From Candidatus Iainarchaeum sp. (GTDB taxonomy: Archaea > Iainarchaeota > Iainarchaeia > Iainarchaeales > UBA10219), in the NCBI GenBank assembly GCA_018304425.1, contig JAGVWE010000007.1, positions 25,804 through 89,803 of the forward strand: 64,000 nt of DNA, read 5' to 3'. Both the position numbers and the translations under genes were made by a program. This document shows, piece after piece, positions 1 to 9,676 of the stretch. Below the pieces are notes generated by a model. It ran no database searches and had not been told where the DNA came from. It saw nothing but the letters and a program-made list of their open reading frames with translations. Each line of letters opens with the position of its first letter. Position 1 is the stretch's first letter.

Positions 1-2
1 AG

Positions 3-818
3 CTGGGCAAGAGTTTCCGCGTGAACCCCTTGAAGGCAGTCATGCCTGCCGTGCAAGCCTCGCTGGAACGACAGGGCTTCGGGCTCGAGCCGCTCTCCTT
101 TTCCCCGGAAGCGTTCCGGGTGCCGGGGGAAAACATTGAGCTTGGCAAGACTCCGGAGTATGCCCTGGGCTCGATTGCCGTGCAGGAAGCGAGTTCCATG
201 GTTCCAGCGCTCGTCCTGGCCCCGCAGCCCGGCCAACTCGTGCTGGACGCCTGTGCCGCGCCGGGCAGCAAGACCTCGCAAATGGCGGCGCTCATGGAGA
301 ACCAGGGCGGCATCCTGGCCTTGGACGTCAACCGGGAACGCGTGAAGTCCTTGAAGTTCACCCTGGGCCGGCTGGGCGTGGCGAATACCGTGGTTGCCTT
401 GAACGATGCCACTAAAACCGCGTTTCCCGCCTTGTTTGACCGGGTTTTACTGGATGCCCCGTGCTCGTCCGAGGGCCTGGTCCGCAAGCGCCTGGATGCC
501 TTAAAGGGCTGGAGCCCCCGCCTCGTGGAATACAAGGCCAGGCTCCAAAAAAAGCTCATCCTGAAAGCCTTTGACGCGTTAAAGGAGGGCGGGCAACTGG
601 TTTACTCGACGTGCACGCTTTCCCCAGAGGAAAACGAGGAAGTGGTGCAGTTCCTACTCGCCGAGCGGCCCGCGGCCGGGTTGTTGTCGGTGAGGCTTCC
701 CGGGTTCCGGTTTCGTCCCGGCCTCTTGGAGGGCCTGGAGGCGTGCGCGCGCGTCTTGCCCCAGGACAACGACTCGGAAGCCTTTTTCGTGGCGCGCCTC
801 GGGAAGGGAAAAGCATGA
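3..818 (+). CDS. RsmB/NOP2 family RNA m5C methyltransferase (5' end outside window)
   Basis: Motifs DACAAPGSKT, DAPCS and YSTCT; frame is open back to the window edge (KSFRVNPLK). Confidence 0.92.
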   Translation: MGKSFRVNPLKAVMPAVQASLERQGFGLEPLSFSPEAFRVPGENIELGKTPEYALGSIAVQEASSMVPALVLAPQPGQLVLDACAAPGSKTSQMAALMENQGGILALDVNRERVKSLKFTLGRLGVANTVVALNDATKTAFPALFDRVLLDAPCSSEGLVRKRLDALKGWSPRLVEYKARLQKKLILKAFDALKEGGQLVYSTCTLSPEENEEVVQFLLAERPAAGLLSVRLPGFRFRPGLLEGLEACARVLPQDNDSEAFFVARLGKGKA

Positions 819-1105
819 CCTTTGAACCCGTGTCGGACGCCGAAGCCCGTCGGCTGGTGAATGCCTTGGCCCAACAATTCGGCGAAGGCATGCGCGGGTT
901 CTTCGAGGGAAAAGTGTTTTTCGCGCGCGGCAACCACGCGTGGCTCGCGACTAGGGAATGCATGGAACTTATTCGGTCCTGCCGCGGCGTGAACGTCCAA
1001 CAGCCGGGGTTGCTGGCGTTGGTGGACGTGAAGGCGTGCACGCCGTCCAGGGAACTCGCCGGCCTGCTGCAGGCCGTTTCACCTGGTTTAGGCAGATTTG
1101 TTTAA
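815..1105 (+). CDS. Small protein coupled to the NOP2 gene, possibly NIP7/pre-PUA-like
   Basis: ATGA overlap with the upstream stop; starts MTFEPVSDAEARRL. Confidence 0.6.
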   Translation: MTFEPVSDAEARRLVNALAQQFGEGMRGFFEGKVFFARGNHAWLATRECMELIRSCRGVNVQQPGLLALVDVKACTPSRELAGLLQAVSPGLGRFV

Positions 1106-1965
1106 GCGGATGGGCTCCTTGTTGGATGCCCGGCCTCTTGCGGCCGTGAACCGGTTACCGGGTGCGTGGCGGGCAGCCGGGTCACGCACAGGGATTGCAC
1201 GTACAGGTGGCTACTGGGCTGCTCCTGCCATTCATTGCGGAGTTCGGCGTGGAGGCCCTGCGAGGCGAACGCCTGCCTAATGTTGCTGTCGCTCATGAGT
1301 TCGGGGCGAATGACTTCGATGTAGGCGCGTCCGTCAGGTGTCAGTATCTGGTTCAGTAAACCGGCCAGGTACTTGGGGTGCAGGGTCTGCGTTTCGCCGG
1401 CATGGCAGACGACGAAGTGGAATGTTTTGCCTTGTTTCACAAATCTAGAGATGAGCCGCTCAATGCGTCCCACGCGATAATCGTCAAGTTCCTTGAATGG
1501 ATATATGGCCTGCTTTGGGGCCTTGGGAGTCGGGCGGGCCACTCTTTCACGTGGAAGCGGCGGCCTGCGCAGGCCCGTTGCGGTGACCTCCACGGTGTCT
1601 TTGAACAAGGTCTTGATGCCGCGGGCGAGAATTGCGTTTCCGGCGCTGAGCTCGAGCACCCGCACCTGCTCTGTTTCAGGGATTTCGGTCTGCTTTTTCC
1701 CGACTTCGGTTCCAAGGTCGGTTCTGAAGACTTCCACGAATTTCCGCCGGCCGCTGTGCGTGTAATAGGCTAGATTTCGTCTCCCACGTATGCCGACCAG
1801 GTCCTGCCTGCGCGCCCGCTGGAACATCCGGGCTTCTGACGTCCGGCCGCTGAGCCTTCCGCGTATTTTGATTCCAAGGGTCTTCAGCCGGGTTCGGGTT
1901 CCCTGTGCGGCCCTTTGCAGTGTTTCCATTAAGCGGCGCATAGCTACCCTAGATATGGGCGCCAT
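1102..1965 (-). CDS. Arg-rich N-terminus plus class I SAM methyltransferase-like domain
   Basis: 287-aa ORF; VLELSAGNA motif I-like segment; LNQILTPDG. Confidence 0.6.
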   Translation of the reverse strand: MAPISRVAMRRLMETLQRAAQGTRTRLKTLGIKIRGRLSGRTSEARMFQRARRQDLVGIRGRRNLAYYTHSGRRKFVEVFRTDLGTEVGKKQTEIPETEQVRVLELSAGNAILARGIKTLFKDTVEVTATGLRRPPLPRERVARPTPKAPKQAIYPFKELDDYRVGRIERLISRFVKQGKTFHFVVCHAGETQTLHPKYLAGLLNQILTPDGRAYIEVIRPELMSDSNIRQAFASQGLHAELRNEWQEQPSSHLYVQSLCVTRLPATHPVTGSRPQEAGHPTRSPSA

Positions 1966-1990
1966 GGAAGAATAAAAGCTTTATGGGGAG

Positions 1991-2065
1991 TGGGCAGGGG
2001 CGGATTTGAACCGCCGACCTCTCCGTTATCAGCGGAGTGCTCCAACCAGACTAAGCTACCCGCCC
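1991..2065 (-). tRNA. tRNA-Ile(GAT)
   Basis: Full cloverleaf; anticodon arm CTCCG-CTGATAA-CGGAG; T loop TTCAAAT. Confidence 0.96.
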
Positions 2066-2145
2066 AAGGGGCTGACAAGCCGGATTCCACCTAATTCGGT
2101 AGGAAAACCTTTATATGCCTTTTCAGCGCCCTTACTGTAGGCTTT

Positions 2146-2311
2146 AGCCCCATCGTCTAGTGGCCAAGGATACAGGGCTTTGAACCCGCCCTTTTCTTTC
2201 TTTGAAAGAAAGAAAAGTGCAGGGTGCCCAAAAGAAAGAAACGGCTCTTTTGGTGTGCCTTCAATGTGGGGAAGATACCCTGGGACAGGAGTTCGAATCT
2301 CCTTGGGGCTA
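2146..2311 (+). tRNA. tRNA-Gln(TTG) with 93-nt intron (2184-2276) at 37/38
   Basis: A1-U72 acceptor AGCCCCA/TGGGGCT; bulge-helix-bulge with central helix CTTT/GAAG and bulges GA|A and AT|A. Confidence 0.93.
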
Positions 2312-2386
2312 TCCGCTCACGCGGCGGATGGGCGCGCATACGTCGGCCCATCTGCGATGGGCCATAAATAGTCTCGTGGTGCAACA

Positions 2387-2575
2387 ATGGGTTTCCTGGA
2401 TTTCCTGAAAAAAAAGGGCGGGCAACCAGCCGGCGGAGAAGGCCTCGCCGAAGGCAAGTACGCCGAGGCCTGCACGCTCTGTGGGAAAGCCCCCACCGAC
2501 AAGAAGTGGATGGCCCAGTTCTTCCACAAGAAATGCTTCCGCAAGATGAAGAAAGCCGGGAAAGGAATGATATAG
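2387..2575 (+). CDS. Small putative zinc-binding protein (62 aa)
   Basis: CTLC...HKKC; upstream CATAAATA box. Confidence 0.75.
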   Translation: MGFLDFLKKKGGQPAGGEGLAEGKYAEACTLCGKAPTDKKWMAQFFHKKCFRKMKKAGKGMI

Positions 2576-2611
2576 CGCAGCGTTGCGAATGAAAAACAAG
2601 ATGGGCAAAAA

Positions 2612-3229
2612 ATGACGCACGATGCAAGAAAGCACTGGGAGAGTATTTATCAAGCGAAAAAATCCGATGAATTGAGTTGGCATCAGGAGAAACCCGAAAC
2701 ATCGCTTAAGTTGATTGTTGAAACCGGGTTGGGAAGGGATGCCGGCATAATCGACGTGGGGGCAGGAGACTCAAAGCTGGTGGACAATCTTCTTGACCTC
2801 GGTTTTAAGAACATAACCGTCTTGGATGTTTCCCCAACTGCATTGGAGCGGGCGAAGAAAAGGCTAGGAAGCAGGGCGGTCAGCGTTAAATGGGTGGCCT
2901 CTGATTTGAGGGAATTTGAAACAGGCGATAGCTACGACCTTTGGCATGATAGAGCAGTTCTCCATTTCTTGACCAACGAAGAAGACATTAATCGCTATGT
3001 GGAAGTCGTGAGACGGGTCTTGAAACCAGGGGGTTACTTGATTGTCTCGGCCTTCTCATGGAGGGGGCCAACGAGGTGCAGTGGGCTGGACACACGGCAA
3101 TACTCCGAGGCCTCCATGGAAAAGTTGTTCAACGATTTTGAGCGCATAAAAAGCTTTGAAGAGGAGCATGTAACCCCCTGGGGGGCCGGCCAGATTTTCC
3201 TTTGGAGCGTGTTCAGGAAAAAGGGATGA
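2612..3229 (+). CDS. Class I SAM-dependent methyltransferase (lower GC, accessory)
   Basis: IIDVGAGDS and YDLWHDRAVLHFL. Confidence 0.9.
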   Translation: MTHDARKHWESIYQAKKSDELSWHQEKPETSLKLIVETGLGRDAGIIDVGAGDSKLVDNLLDLGFKNITVLDVSPTALERAKKRLGSRAVSVKWVASDLREFETGDSYDLWHDRAVLHFLTNEEDINRYVEVVRRVLKPGGYLIVSAFSWRGPTRCSGLDTRQYSEASMEKLFNDFERIKSFEEEHVTPWGAGQIFLWSVFRKKG

Positions 3230-3266
3230 AACCGGATGGAGGGCGTCAATAGGGTGACTGAACCGA

Positions 3267-3287
3267 GCCGGCAAGGGAATGATTTAA
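3267..3287 (+). repeat. Remnant copy of the 3' end of gene 2387-2575 (AGKGMI-stop)
   Basis: GCCGGCAAGGGAATGATTTAA vs GCCGGGAAAGGAATGATATAG (2555-2575); 4 differences, all silent third positions. Confidence 0.75.
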
Positions 3288-3311
3288 ATAGTGGGAAAGG
3301 CTAATTCTTTT

Positions 3312-3929
3312 GTGACCCGGAAACCGAAGACGCCGAGGCGTGCCGCGTTCGTTCTAAGCAACAAGACCAAGCGCTTGCCGTTGCCGGTTTTCACGCCACA
3401 CGAATTAGAGCACCGGATAAAGTTGCAGAAGCTTTTGAGCCCAGTCCAGTTATCGGAGCTCCGCACGCTTCCCGTGACGGTTTCCACCAACGTGTTTCGT
3501 CACGCGCTGCCCACCCTGGAACGAGTGCTTCAAACCCATGGAATGAGCGAAGCCCAGATTCGGGCCGCCGTGCAAGCCGCGCCCTGGGATGCCTTGCGGC
3601 GGATGGGCGGCCGGCATGAGCTCGTGGAAGGCAACCTGACCGGCTTGCTGGCTATTCGTCGTCTCCTCAACGGCCAGGCGTTCCCGGACTTCATCCGGTT
3701 CGCGGCGGCCTCCCCCGGTAGCATTTCTTCCCTCGTAACAGTCATTGAAGCGCATAGGGAAAGGGTTTCGCTGGACGAAGCAAAGGCCCTCCTTGTGGCC
3801 GATTACACGGATGTAGCGAGCATGGAACGCGGGCTTGGGTTGCTCCGGCAGCGGGCCGCTGAAAGAGCCGCGAAGCAACGGGAAAGCCGCGGCCCCAGTC
3901 AGCCGCGCATGTTCCGCGCGCACGCCTGA
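3312..3929 (+). CDS. Hypothetical protein with basic N-terminus
   Basis: Long ORF; GTG 3312 fits the TTTAAATA box at 3283-3290 better than 3291. Confidence 0.6.
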   Translation: MTRKPKTPRRAAFVLSNKTKRLPLPVFTPHELEHRIKLQKLLSPVQLSELRTLPVTVSTNVFRHALPTLERVLQTHGMSEAQIRAAVQAAPWDALRRMGGRHELVEGNLTGLLAIRRLLNGQAFPDFIRFAAASPGSISSLVTVIEAHRERVSLDEAKALLVADYTDVASMERGLGLLRQRAAERAAKQRESRGPSQPRMFRAHA

Positions 3930-3945
3930 TTTCTCCGGGCTTTCC

Positions 3946-5304
3946 TCAGCCCAACAACGCAATCTGCACGTCCATGACATTGGTCTTCGTGTAGCCCGTC
4001 ATCACGAGGTCCCCGAGTTTCGCGAAGAAGGCGTGCGAGTCGTTGTCGTCCAGGAACTTTTTCCAGTCCAGGCCCAGCGCATGGGCGCGGGCCAGCGTGG
4101 AAGTCGTGGCAATCGCTCCGGCCGCGTCGCTGGTTCCGTCGATGCCGTCGGTTCCAATCGAGCACAGCAAGGCGTTTTCGAGTTCACTCAATTCCTCGCA
4201 GCCGCCCAACACGAGTTCCAGGTTCCGCCCACCCCTGCCCTTTCCCTTCACCTTCACCGTGGTCTCGCCGGCCGCCAACAAGGCCAGCGGCCGGAACTTG
4301 TGCTGCCGGGCGGCCAGCTTCAACCCGCTGGCCAGCTTCCAGCCCGCGTTCCGCGCTTCGCCGGCCAGTTTGTCGCTGAAGACCAGGCAGTGGATGCCGA
4401 GCTCGGAAGCCCGTTTCTTCAAGGCATTCAAGGCCACGGCGTTGTTCAGGATGACCAGGTTGTGCACGCTCCGGAAGCACTTGTCCTTTTTCTTGGGCGT
4501 GTCCCCGGTTTTTTTCCGGATGCCCTCCACCAGGTGCCGCTTGGCCGTGGCCGGACAGTTGTCCCACAAGCCATGGTTTTTGAGGACCAGGACAGCCGAG
4601 GCAAACGTGCATTCATCGGGGGCCGTGGGGCCGGAAGCGATGACGTCCAACGCGTCCCCGATGACGTCGGAGACGAGGAGGCACAGCAGGGTGGCCGGGG
4701 CCGCGGCCTTCGCCAATTGGCCGCCCTTCACCCTGGAAAGGTGCTTGCGCACGCAATTGAGTTCCCGGATGTTCGCCCCCGCTTTCAGCAGCCGGGAGGT
4801 GAGTTCCTGTTCGTCTTTCAGGGACACGCCTTCCGCCGGCAACGGGAGCAGGGCGCTGCCTCCCCCCGAGACCAGGCAGAGGATGAGGTCCTTTTCGCCC
4901 GCGCTTTTGGCGAGGTCGAAGATTTTTTTCGCGCCCTCGACCCCTCGCTGGTCCGGAAGCGGGTGCGCGGCCACGTTGACCTCGATTTTTTTGGTGGGCA
5001 CGGCTTCCACCGTGTTCACGACGCCGCCGGAAATCCAGTCCCCCAGGACTTCCTCGACTACCAGGGCCATCAAGCCCGAGGCCTTGCCGAAGCCGATGAC
5101 GTACACGTGTTCGAAGGCCTTGAGGTCGAAGGACTTGTTGCGGACGCGCAACCGCGAGCCGCTGAGCTTCAGTTCCCGGTGCAGGGCCCGTTTCACGTCG
5201 ATTTCCTCGAACACGGCTTCCAGGAGTTCCAGGCACTGGCCGCGCAGCCTTGCCTCGGAACTCTCGCCCTTGACCAGTCCGGCGGCGTTTTCAATCAGCG
5301 GCAT
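3946..5304 (-). CDS. Glycerate 2-kinase (MOFRL family)
   Basis: GFGKAS, SGGGSAL, GETTV, GGRNLE, GTDGIDG, TNVMD. Confidence 0.93.
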   Translation of the reverse strand: MPLIENAAGLVKGESSEARLRGQCLELLEAVFEEIDVKRALHRELKLSGSRLRVRNKSFDLKAFEHVYVIGFGKASGLMALVVEEVLGDWISGGVVNTVEAVPTKKIEVNVAAHPLPDQRGVEGAKKIFDLAKSAGEKDLILCLVSGGGSALLPLPAEGVSLKDEQELTSRLLKAGANIRELNCVRKHLSRVKGGQLAKAAAPATLLCLLVSDVIGDALDVIASGPTAPDECTFASAVLVLKNHGLWDNCPATAKRHLVEGIRKKTGDTPKKKDKCFRSVHNLVILNNAVALNALKKRASELGIHCLVFSDKLAGEARNAGWKLASGLKLAARQHKFRPLALLAAGETTVKVKGKGRGGRNLELVLGGCEELSELENALLCSIGTDGIDGTSDAAGAIATTSTLARAHALGLDWKKFLDDNDSHAFFAKLGDLVMTGYTKTNVMDVQIALLG

Positions 5305-5658
5305 TCATTTTCGCCCATAGCGGTCGGAAAACCGTTTTTCATCGTGTTCCAGGAACTTCCCAAAGGAAACCTCCAACACGCGTACGGGGTTTTTGCCGGC
5401 ACTCAACCGGTGCCTTTGGCCGCGCCGGATGAACACCTGCTTTCCCCTGGCGGCCCGCATTTTCCTGCCATTCACCTGGATGGTGCCCTGCCCGTCCAAG
5501 ACCACCCAGTACTCGTCGCGCCTGCGATGCGATTGCAGGGAAAGCGCTTGCCCGGGCTTCACGGAAATGATTTTGACCGTGCACTCCACGTTCAAGGCCA
5601 GGAGCTCGAATTTCCCCCAAGGCCGTTGAACGGTTTTGACGCGTGGCTTGCCTTTCAT
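5305..5658 (-). CDS. Phosphomannose isomerase type II C-terminal cupin protein
   Basis: RPWG, LSLQSH...E.WVV, R.SDRYGR. Confidence 0.88.
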   Translation of the reverse strand: MKGKPRVKTVQRPWGKFELLALNVECTVKIISVKPGQALSLQSHRRRDEYWVVLDGQGTIQVNGRKMRAARGKQVFIRRGQRHRLSAGKNPVRVLEVSFGKFLEHDEKRFSDRYGRK

Positions 5659-6536
5659 CACTTGAATCCCCATTTTTTGAGCAGCCTGGGAATGACGATG
5701 AGGAAGTCCGAGGCAATGAACGTATAGCCCTTGACGGCGTGCAAGATGTCTCCGGCCCTCCCATTGAGGTAAGCGGCTGCGCAGGCAACGTCGAGGAGGC
5801 CGTTCTTGCTTGCCGCGAGGCCCAGGCAGATTCCAGCCAGGACATCCCCGGTTCCGCCCACGGTCATGCCCGCGTTCCCGGTCTTGTTGACTTTCGTGGT
5901 CTTGCCGTCGGACACGACGTCAAACCTTCCCTTCAACAGCACCACGCACCGGTGCTTTTTCGCGGCAGCCTCCACGGCCTTGATTTGCTTGGAGAGCTCC
6001 TTGGGCAGCTTCTTGCCCGTGAATGCCTCGAATTCCTTCGCGTGCGGGGTAATCAGGGCAGGGCCCTTGAACTTCAAGCCCTTGGCGGCCTTCAAGGCAT
6101 CCGCGTCCACGATAAGCGGTTTCCTGATTTTGGGGAGCACCCTGCGCACGAAGGACCTGGTTTCCGGGTCGAGGCCCATGCCAGGCCCGATTAAGACGGC
6201 GTCCGCCTTGGCCGCCTCGGCCAGCACTTCCCGGACATGCCTTTCACCAAGGTGGCTGCCGCGCAACTTCAAGGTGATGAGGTCCGGAGAAAACGAGTTG
6301 ATGACCCAGGCCACTTTCTCAGGCGCCATGACCCTGACCAAGTCGATGCCGGTCCGCAGCGAAGCCAGGGCCGCCTGCGCTCCCAATGCGGGTGCGCCCA
6401 CCAGTTCATTGCAGCCGCCCACCACCAGGGCCACGCCGTTCTCCCCCTTGTGGGAGTCGGGGCGTCTCTTCCGGGCGCACCGAACCACGTCCGCCGGACT
6501 GCACAACCACACCATCTGCGAACCGGGCTTCGTCAT
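5658..6536 (-). CDS. nnrD: ADP-dependent NAD(P)H-hydrate dehydratase
   Basis: HKGENG, IGPGMG, VDADAL, TPHAKEF, GGTGDVLAG. Confidence 0.93.
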   Translation of the reverse strand: MTKPGSQMVWLCSPADVVRCARKRRPDSHKGENGVALVVGGCNELVGAPALGAQAALASLRTGIDLVRVMAPEKVAWVINSFSPDLITLKLRGSHLGERHVREVLAEAAKADAVLIGPGMGLDPETRSFVRRVLPKIRKPLIVDADALKAAKGLKFKGPALITPHAKEFEAFTGKKLPKELSKQIKAVEAAAKKHRCVVLLKGRFDVVSDGKTTKVNKTGNAGMTVGGTGDVLAGICLGLAASKNGLLDVACAAAYLNGRAGDILHAVKGYTFIASDFLIVIPRLLKKWGFK

Positions 6537-8440
6537 TTCCTTCCCGTCCTGGCCTCGATCTCCTTTTTCAGCAGGCCCGAAACCATGCTTCCCGGGATTT
6601 TCCCCCGCGCTTCCCGCATGACTTCCCCCATCACGGCCTGGAATGATTGCATGCCTTTCTCCTTAATAATTCCTTCGTTGCGGGCCACGATTTTCTGCAC
6701 AATGGCCAGGGCTTCCACGTCGCTGGCCCGGGAGGCACCGGCCTCCGCCATGATTTCCTCGAACGGAGCCGCCGGCTTTTTCGCCCACGCCCCCAGCACG
6801 CCCAGCACGGCTTCCTTCACCAGCACGCCCTCTTTTTGCGCTGACAGCACGCGTTCCACCATTTCCCGGGAAACGTTGTCCACGTCCACGCCCTCGCGCT
6901 TGAGCTTGGTCAGCCCCTCCAACAACAGCACGGCCGTCGAAGTGGGCTCGAAGCCCCGCTTCACGAGGTCCGCGAAAAACCGGGCCTCGTTGCTGAGCTT
7001 CATCTCGTTGGCCAGCTTCTCGCCGAGCTTCAATTCCTTGGAGTAAAACCGAAGCCGTTCCTCGGCGCTCTGTGGCAGGTTCTTCCGCAGCCCTTCCACG
7101 CGCGCGGCATCCGTTTTCACGGTCGGCAAATCGGTTTCAGGGTACATCCGCGCCGCACCCGGCAGGGGCCGCAGGTACTCGTTGTTGCCGTCGGGCAGCG
7201 GCCCCCTCGTCTCTGGGGGAACGCCTTTCAGCGCCTGCCTGCAGCGCTCGACCAGGATTTTCATGGCTTCTTCGGCCTTGCCGGGTTCCTCGCAGACCAG
7301 CACAAAGGCATCCAAGGCATCCTCGCGCAGGCCCAGTTGCCGGGAAAGGCCTTTCACGTCGGCCTCGGTCAAGCCATAGTTGGGCAGTTCATCCGAGTGC
7401 AGCAAGCCCGCTATGCCGAGCCTAGCCTTCAGGTAGCCGGCCAGTTCCTTTCCGAAGCGCCGGCCGGGCTGGACTTCCCGGCCCAGGATTCCCTTGAAGC
7501 CCTTGAGCCGGAGGCCCAGCACTTTTTTTCCCTGCCGCACGCCGTCCGCGAAGAACTTGCACGCCGAACCTTCGGCCAACGCACTCACGTCCAAGGCATT
7601 GGGCACCAAATCGGCTTCCTTCACCCGCTTCAGGAGTTCGCCCCGGATTTCCAGCAAGGCCGCCTGCCGCTGCGCTTCCCTTCGCACGAACTCGTCCAGC
7701 AAGTCGAGTTCCTGCACGCCCTTCAATTCCACGCGCGTCCCCCCCCGGATGCTCACGTTGACGTCCTGCCGGATGGTGCCGAGGCCGCGCCGCGCCTTGC
7801 CCGTGAGCCGCAGGAGTTCCCCGATTTTTAGGGCCACTTTCTTGGCGTCCTCCGGGGAATGGATGTCAGGCAGCGTCGCAATCTCGATGAGGGGAATGCC
7901 CTGCCGGTCCAGCCGGTAGACGACTTCCTTGTCGCCGCGCACCACGGGCCTTGCCGCGTCCTCTTCGAGGACAATGGTGTCGATGCCGAGGCATTTCCCG
8001 TTGAAGTCCAGGCAGCCGTTGGTGGCGATGAGGGCCGTCCGCTGGAAGGAACTGGTAGTTGAACCATCCACCACCATCTTCCGCATGACGTAGATGTTGT
8101 CCACGAGGTGGGCTTTCAGGAGCAGCGCCACTTCCAGGACGGTGTCAAAGGCCTCCGCGTTGAAGGGCCGCACCGGTTCCTCGTCGGTTTCCACGAGGCA
8201 CGTGGTGTCGGAATAGGCCTGGTAGGCAAAGGTCTGCCCCTTCTGGTAGGCTTCGAGTGCCGCGGGGTCGTATTCACCCAGCTCGGACATGACCGGCCGA
8301 ATCCTTCGTTTCACGAGGATGTCGGGCGCGTCCTCACGCATGACGCTGGGACAGTTGCAGAACAGTTTCCGCGTGTTGAGCTGCTGGTGGCATTCGAGGC
8401 CGCATTTGAGGCCCAAGGCCAGGTAATCGAGGTCCGGCAT
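6533..8440 (-). CDS. gatE: Glu-tRNA(Gln) amidotransferase subunit E
   Basis: GLECHQQL, RGLGTIRQDVNVSI, RPLPGAARMYPETD. Confidence 0.97.
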   Translation of the reverse strand: MPDLDYLALGLKCGLECHQQLNTRKLFCNCPSVMREDAPDILVKRRIRPVMSELGEYDPAALEAYQKGQTFAYQAYSDTTCLVETDEEPVRPFNAEAFDTVLEVALLLKAHLVDNIYVMRKMVVDGSTTSSFQRTALIATNGCLDFNGKCLGIDTIVLEEDAARPVVRGDKEVVYRLDRQGIPLIEIATLPDIHSPEDAKKVALKIGELLRLTGKARRGLGTIRQDVNVSIRGGTRVELKGVQELDLLDEFVRREAQRQAALLEIRGELLKRVKEADLVPNALDVSALAEGSACKFFADGVRQGKKVLGLRLKGFKGILGREVQPGRRFGKELAGYLKARLGIAGLLHSDELPNYGLTEADVKGLSRQLGLREDALDAFVLVCEEPGKAEEAMKILVERCRQALKGVPPETRGPLPDGNNEYLRPLPGAARMYPETDLPTVKTDAARVEGLRKNLPQSAEERLRFYSKELKLGEKLANEMKLSNEARFFADLVKRGFEPTSTAVLLLEGLTKLKREGVDVDNVSREMVERVLSAQKEGVLVKEAVLGVLGAWAKKPAAPFEEIMAEAGASRASDVEALAIVQKIVARNEGIIKEKGMQSFQAVMGEVMREARGKIPGSMVSGLLKKEIEARTGRK

Positions 8441-8577
8441 GCAATCACTAATTCACTTCCGCGAAAAGGTTTATAATGTCTTTCAACGCCTTTTGCCGGG
8501 CTTCAGGCGCGCGCACTGGTTGCGGCTTATGAAAGCGAATTTCCCTTCCGGCGGGCCCCTGCCCTTGCTCGGGCCCT

Positions 8578-9456
8578 TCACTCGAAGTAGGCCATGGTTT
8601 CCTCGCGTATCTGGTCGGCGAGTTCCGCGTCCCGCACGACCTGCACTTTGATTGAAACCGGTTTTTCGTGCAGGAATTCCAGCAGCCAGCCCAGGTCGAA
8701 TTCCTTCAGGTTGCTGGCCGAATTGAGTTTGTAGAGCATTTCCTCCCGGGCCTGGGTCGGGAAATAGGCCCTGGCCACGTAGTCCCCGACCACTAGGACG
8801 TCGGAGTCCAGCGCGACCAAGGCGTTGTACCGGAGTTTCACGGAAGCCCCAAGGTGTTCCGCCATTTTCGCGAGCGCGTTCCCATGGCATTGGTCCATCA
8901 TGCCGCCGGAGTTGACGAGGATGTAGCATTCGGTGCGCGAAACCAGCCGCGCCAGGCGGTGGAGTTCCTCCCGGGACAGGCCGATGAGCGAGTAGACGTG
9001 CTTCCAGTGGAAGACAGAGGGCTTGCCGGCTTCGTTGGGGTATTCGAAGTAGTTGAACAAGAGGAACCGGTAAAAGTCGAGGATGGTTTCGAAGCCGTAC
9101 TTGGCGTAGTCTTGCCGCGGCATTTCAGCGTTCTCCTGGAAAGGGTTTTCATTCAACGATTTTTCGAGGCTGGAAACCAGGTTCCGGAGGTTCTTCAGCC
9201 ACCGGGGGCTCAAGGCATACTTGCGGTCGGTGCAGGAGAGGATGCCCTCGGCCGCCATTTGCCGCAACGATTTGTGGATGGCCTGGTAGCTTACCTCGAC
9301 GCCGTGCCGGGACTTCAGCTTGGAGTACACCTGCGTGAGCGTCAGCGGCCAGTCCAGGGAGAGCACGGACACGATGGCGTCGCGCGTGGACTTGGGTTGA
9401 ACCGTTGGAACAGCCGTTCCCAGGCTCACCGGCTGGTATTGAGTCACGAGATCCAT
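8578..9456 (-). CDS. Winged-helix transcription regulator-like protein
   Basis: WPLTLTQVYSKL...VSYQAIHKSL wHTH; start reset to MDLVT because the longer ORF runs into the tRNA. Confidence 0.75.
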   Translation of the reverse strand: MDLVTQYQPVSLGTAVPTVQPKSTRDAIVSVLSLDWPLTLTQVYSKLKSRHGVEVSYQAIHKSLRQMAAEGILSCTDRKYALSPRWLKNLRNLVSSLEKSLNENPFQENAEMPRQDYAKYGFETILDFYRFLLFNYFEYPNEAGKPSVFHWKHVYSLIGLSREELHRLARLVSRTECYILVNSGGMMDQCHGNALAKMAEHLGASVKLRYNALVALDSDVLVVGDYVARAYFPTQAREEMLYKLNSASNLKEFDLGWLLEFLHEKPVSIKVQVVRDAELADQIREETMAYFE

Positions 9457-9482
9457 GCTTTTCCTTGCCTCGCCCGTGGGAG

Positions 9483-9553
9483 CTGCCAGAGTCGGATTCG
9501 AACCGGCATCACCTGAGTAACAGTCAGGCATCCTTCCATTGGACTATCTGGCT
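9483..9553 (-). tRNA. Atypical tRNA-Asn(GTT)-like gene (A1:A72 and a T-stem mismatch)
   Basis: CCTGA-CTGTTAC-TCAGG anticodon arm; GGTTCGAATCC; GCCAGA/TCTGGC acceptor; G73. Confidence 0.7.
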
Positions 9554-9582
9554 TTGAGCCGGTTATCATGGCATTATACCTT

Positions 9583-9611
9583 ACTTCGACCTTTTATTTA
9601 ATCACTTCGAC
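9583..9611. promoter_or_regulatory. Direct repeat ACTTCGAC x2 at 21-bp spacing around a minus-strand TATA box; putative operator
   Basis: Copies at 9583-9590 and 9604-9611 in the divergent tRNA/Lrp intergenic region. Confidence 0.5.
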
Positions 9612-9676
9612 AAATTTTACGTCATTTTCACGCTTAAGTGATGTATTTATAACATAATTGTAGTCATTTATTCGGT

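Noticed and set aside
3835-5727. Long opposite-strand or alternate-frame ORFs (also 13075-14547, 29655-30632, 39133-40338, 43275-44441, 44685-45833)
   Set aside because: Shadows of well-supported genes in GC-rich DNA; no motifs.
9457-9531. N-terminal extension of ORF 8578-9531; also ORF 27860-28234
   Set aside because: Both overlap tRNA sequence and are not credible coding regions.
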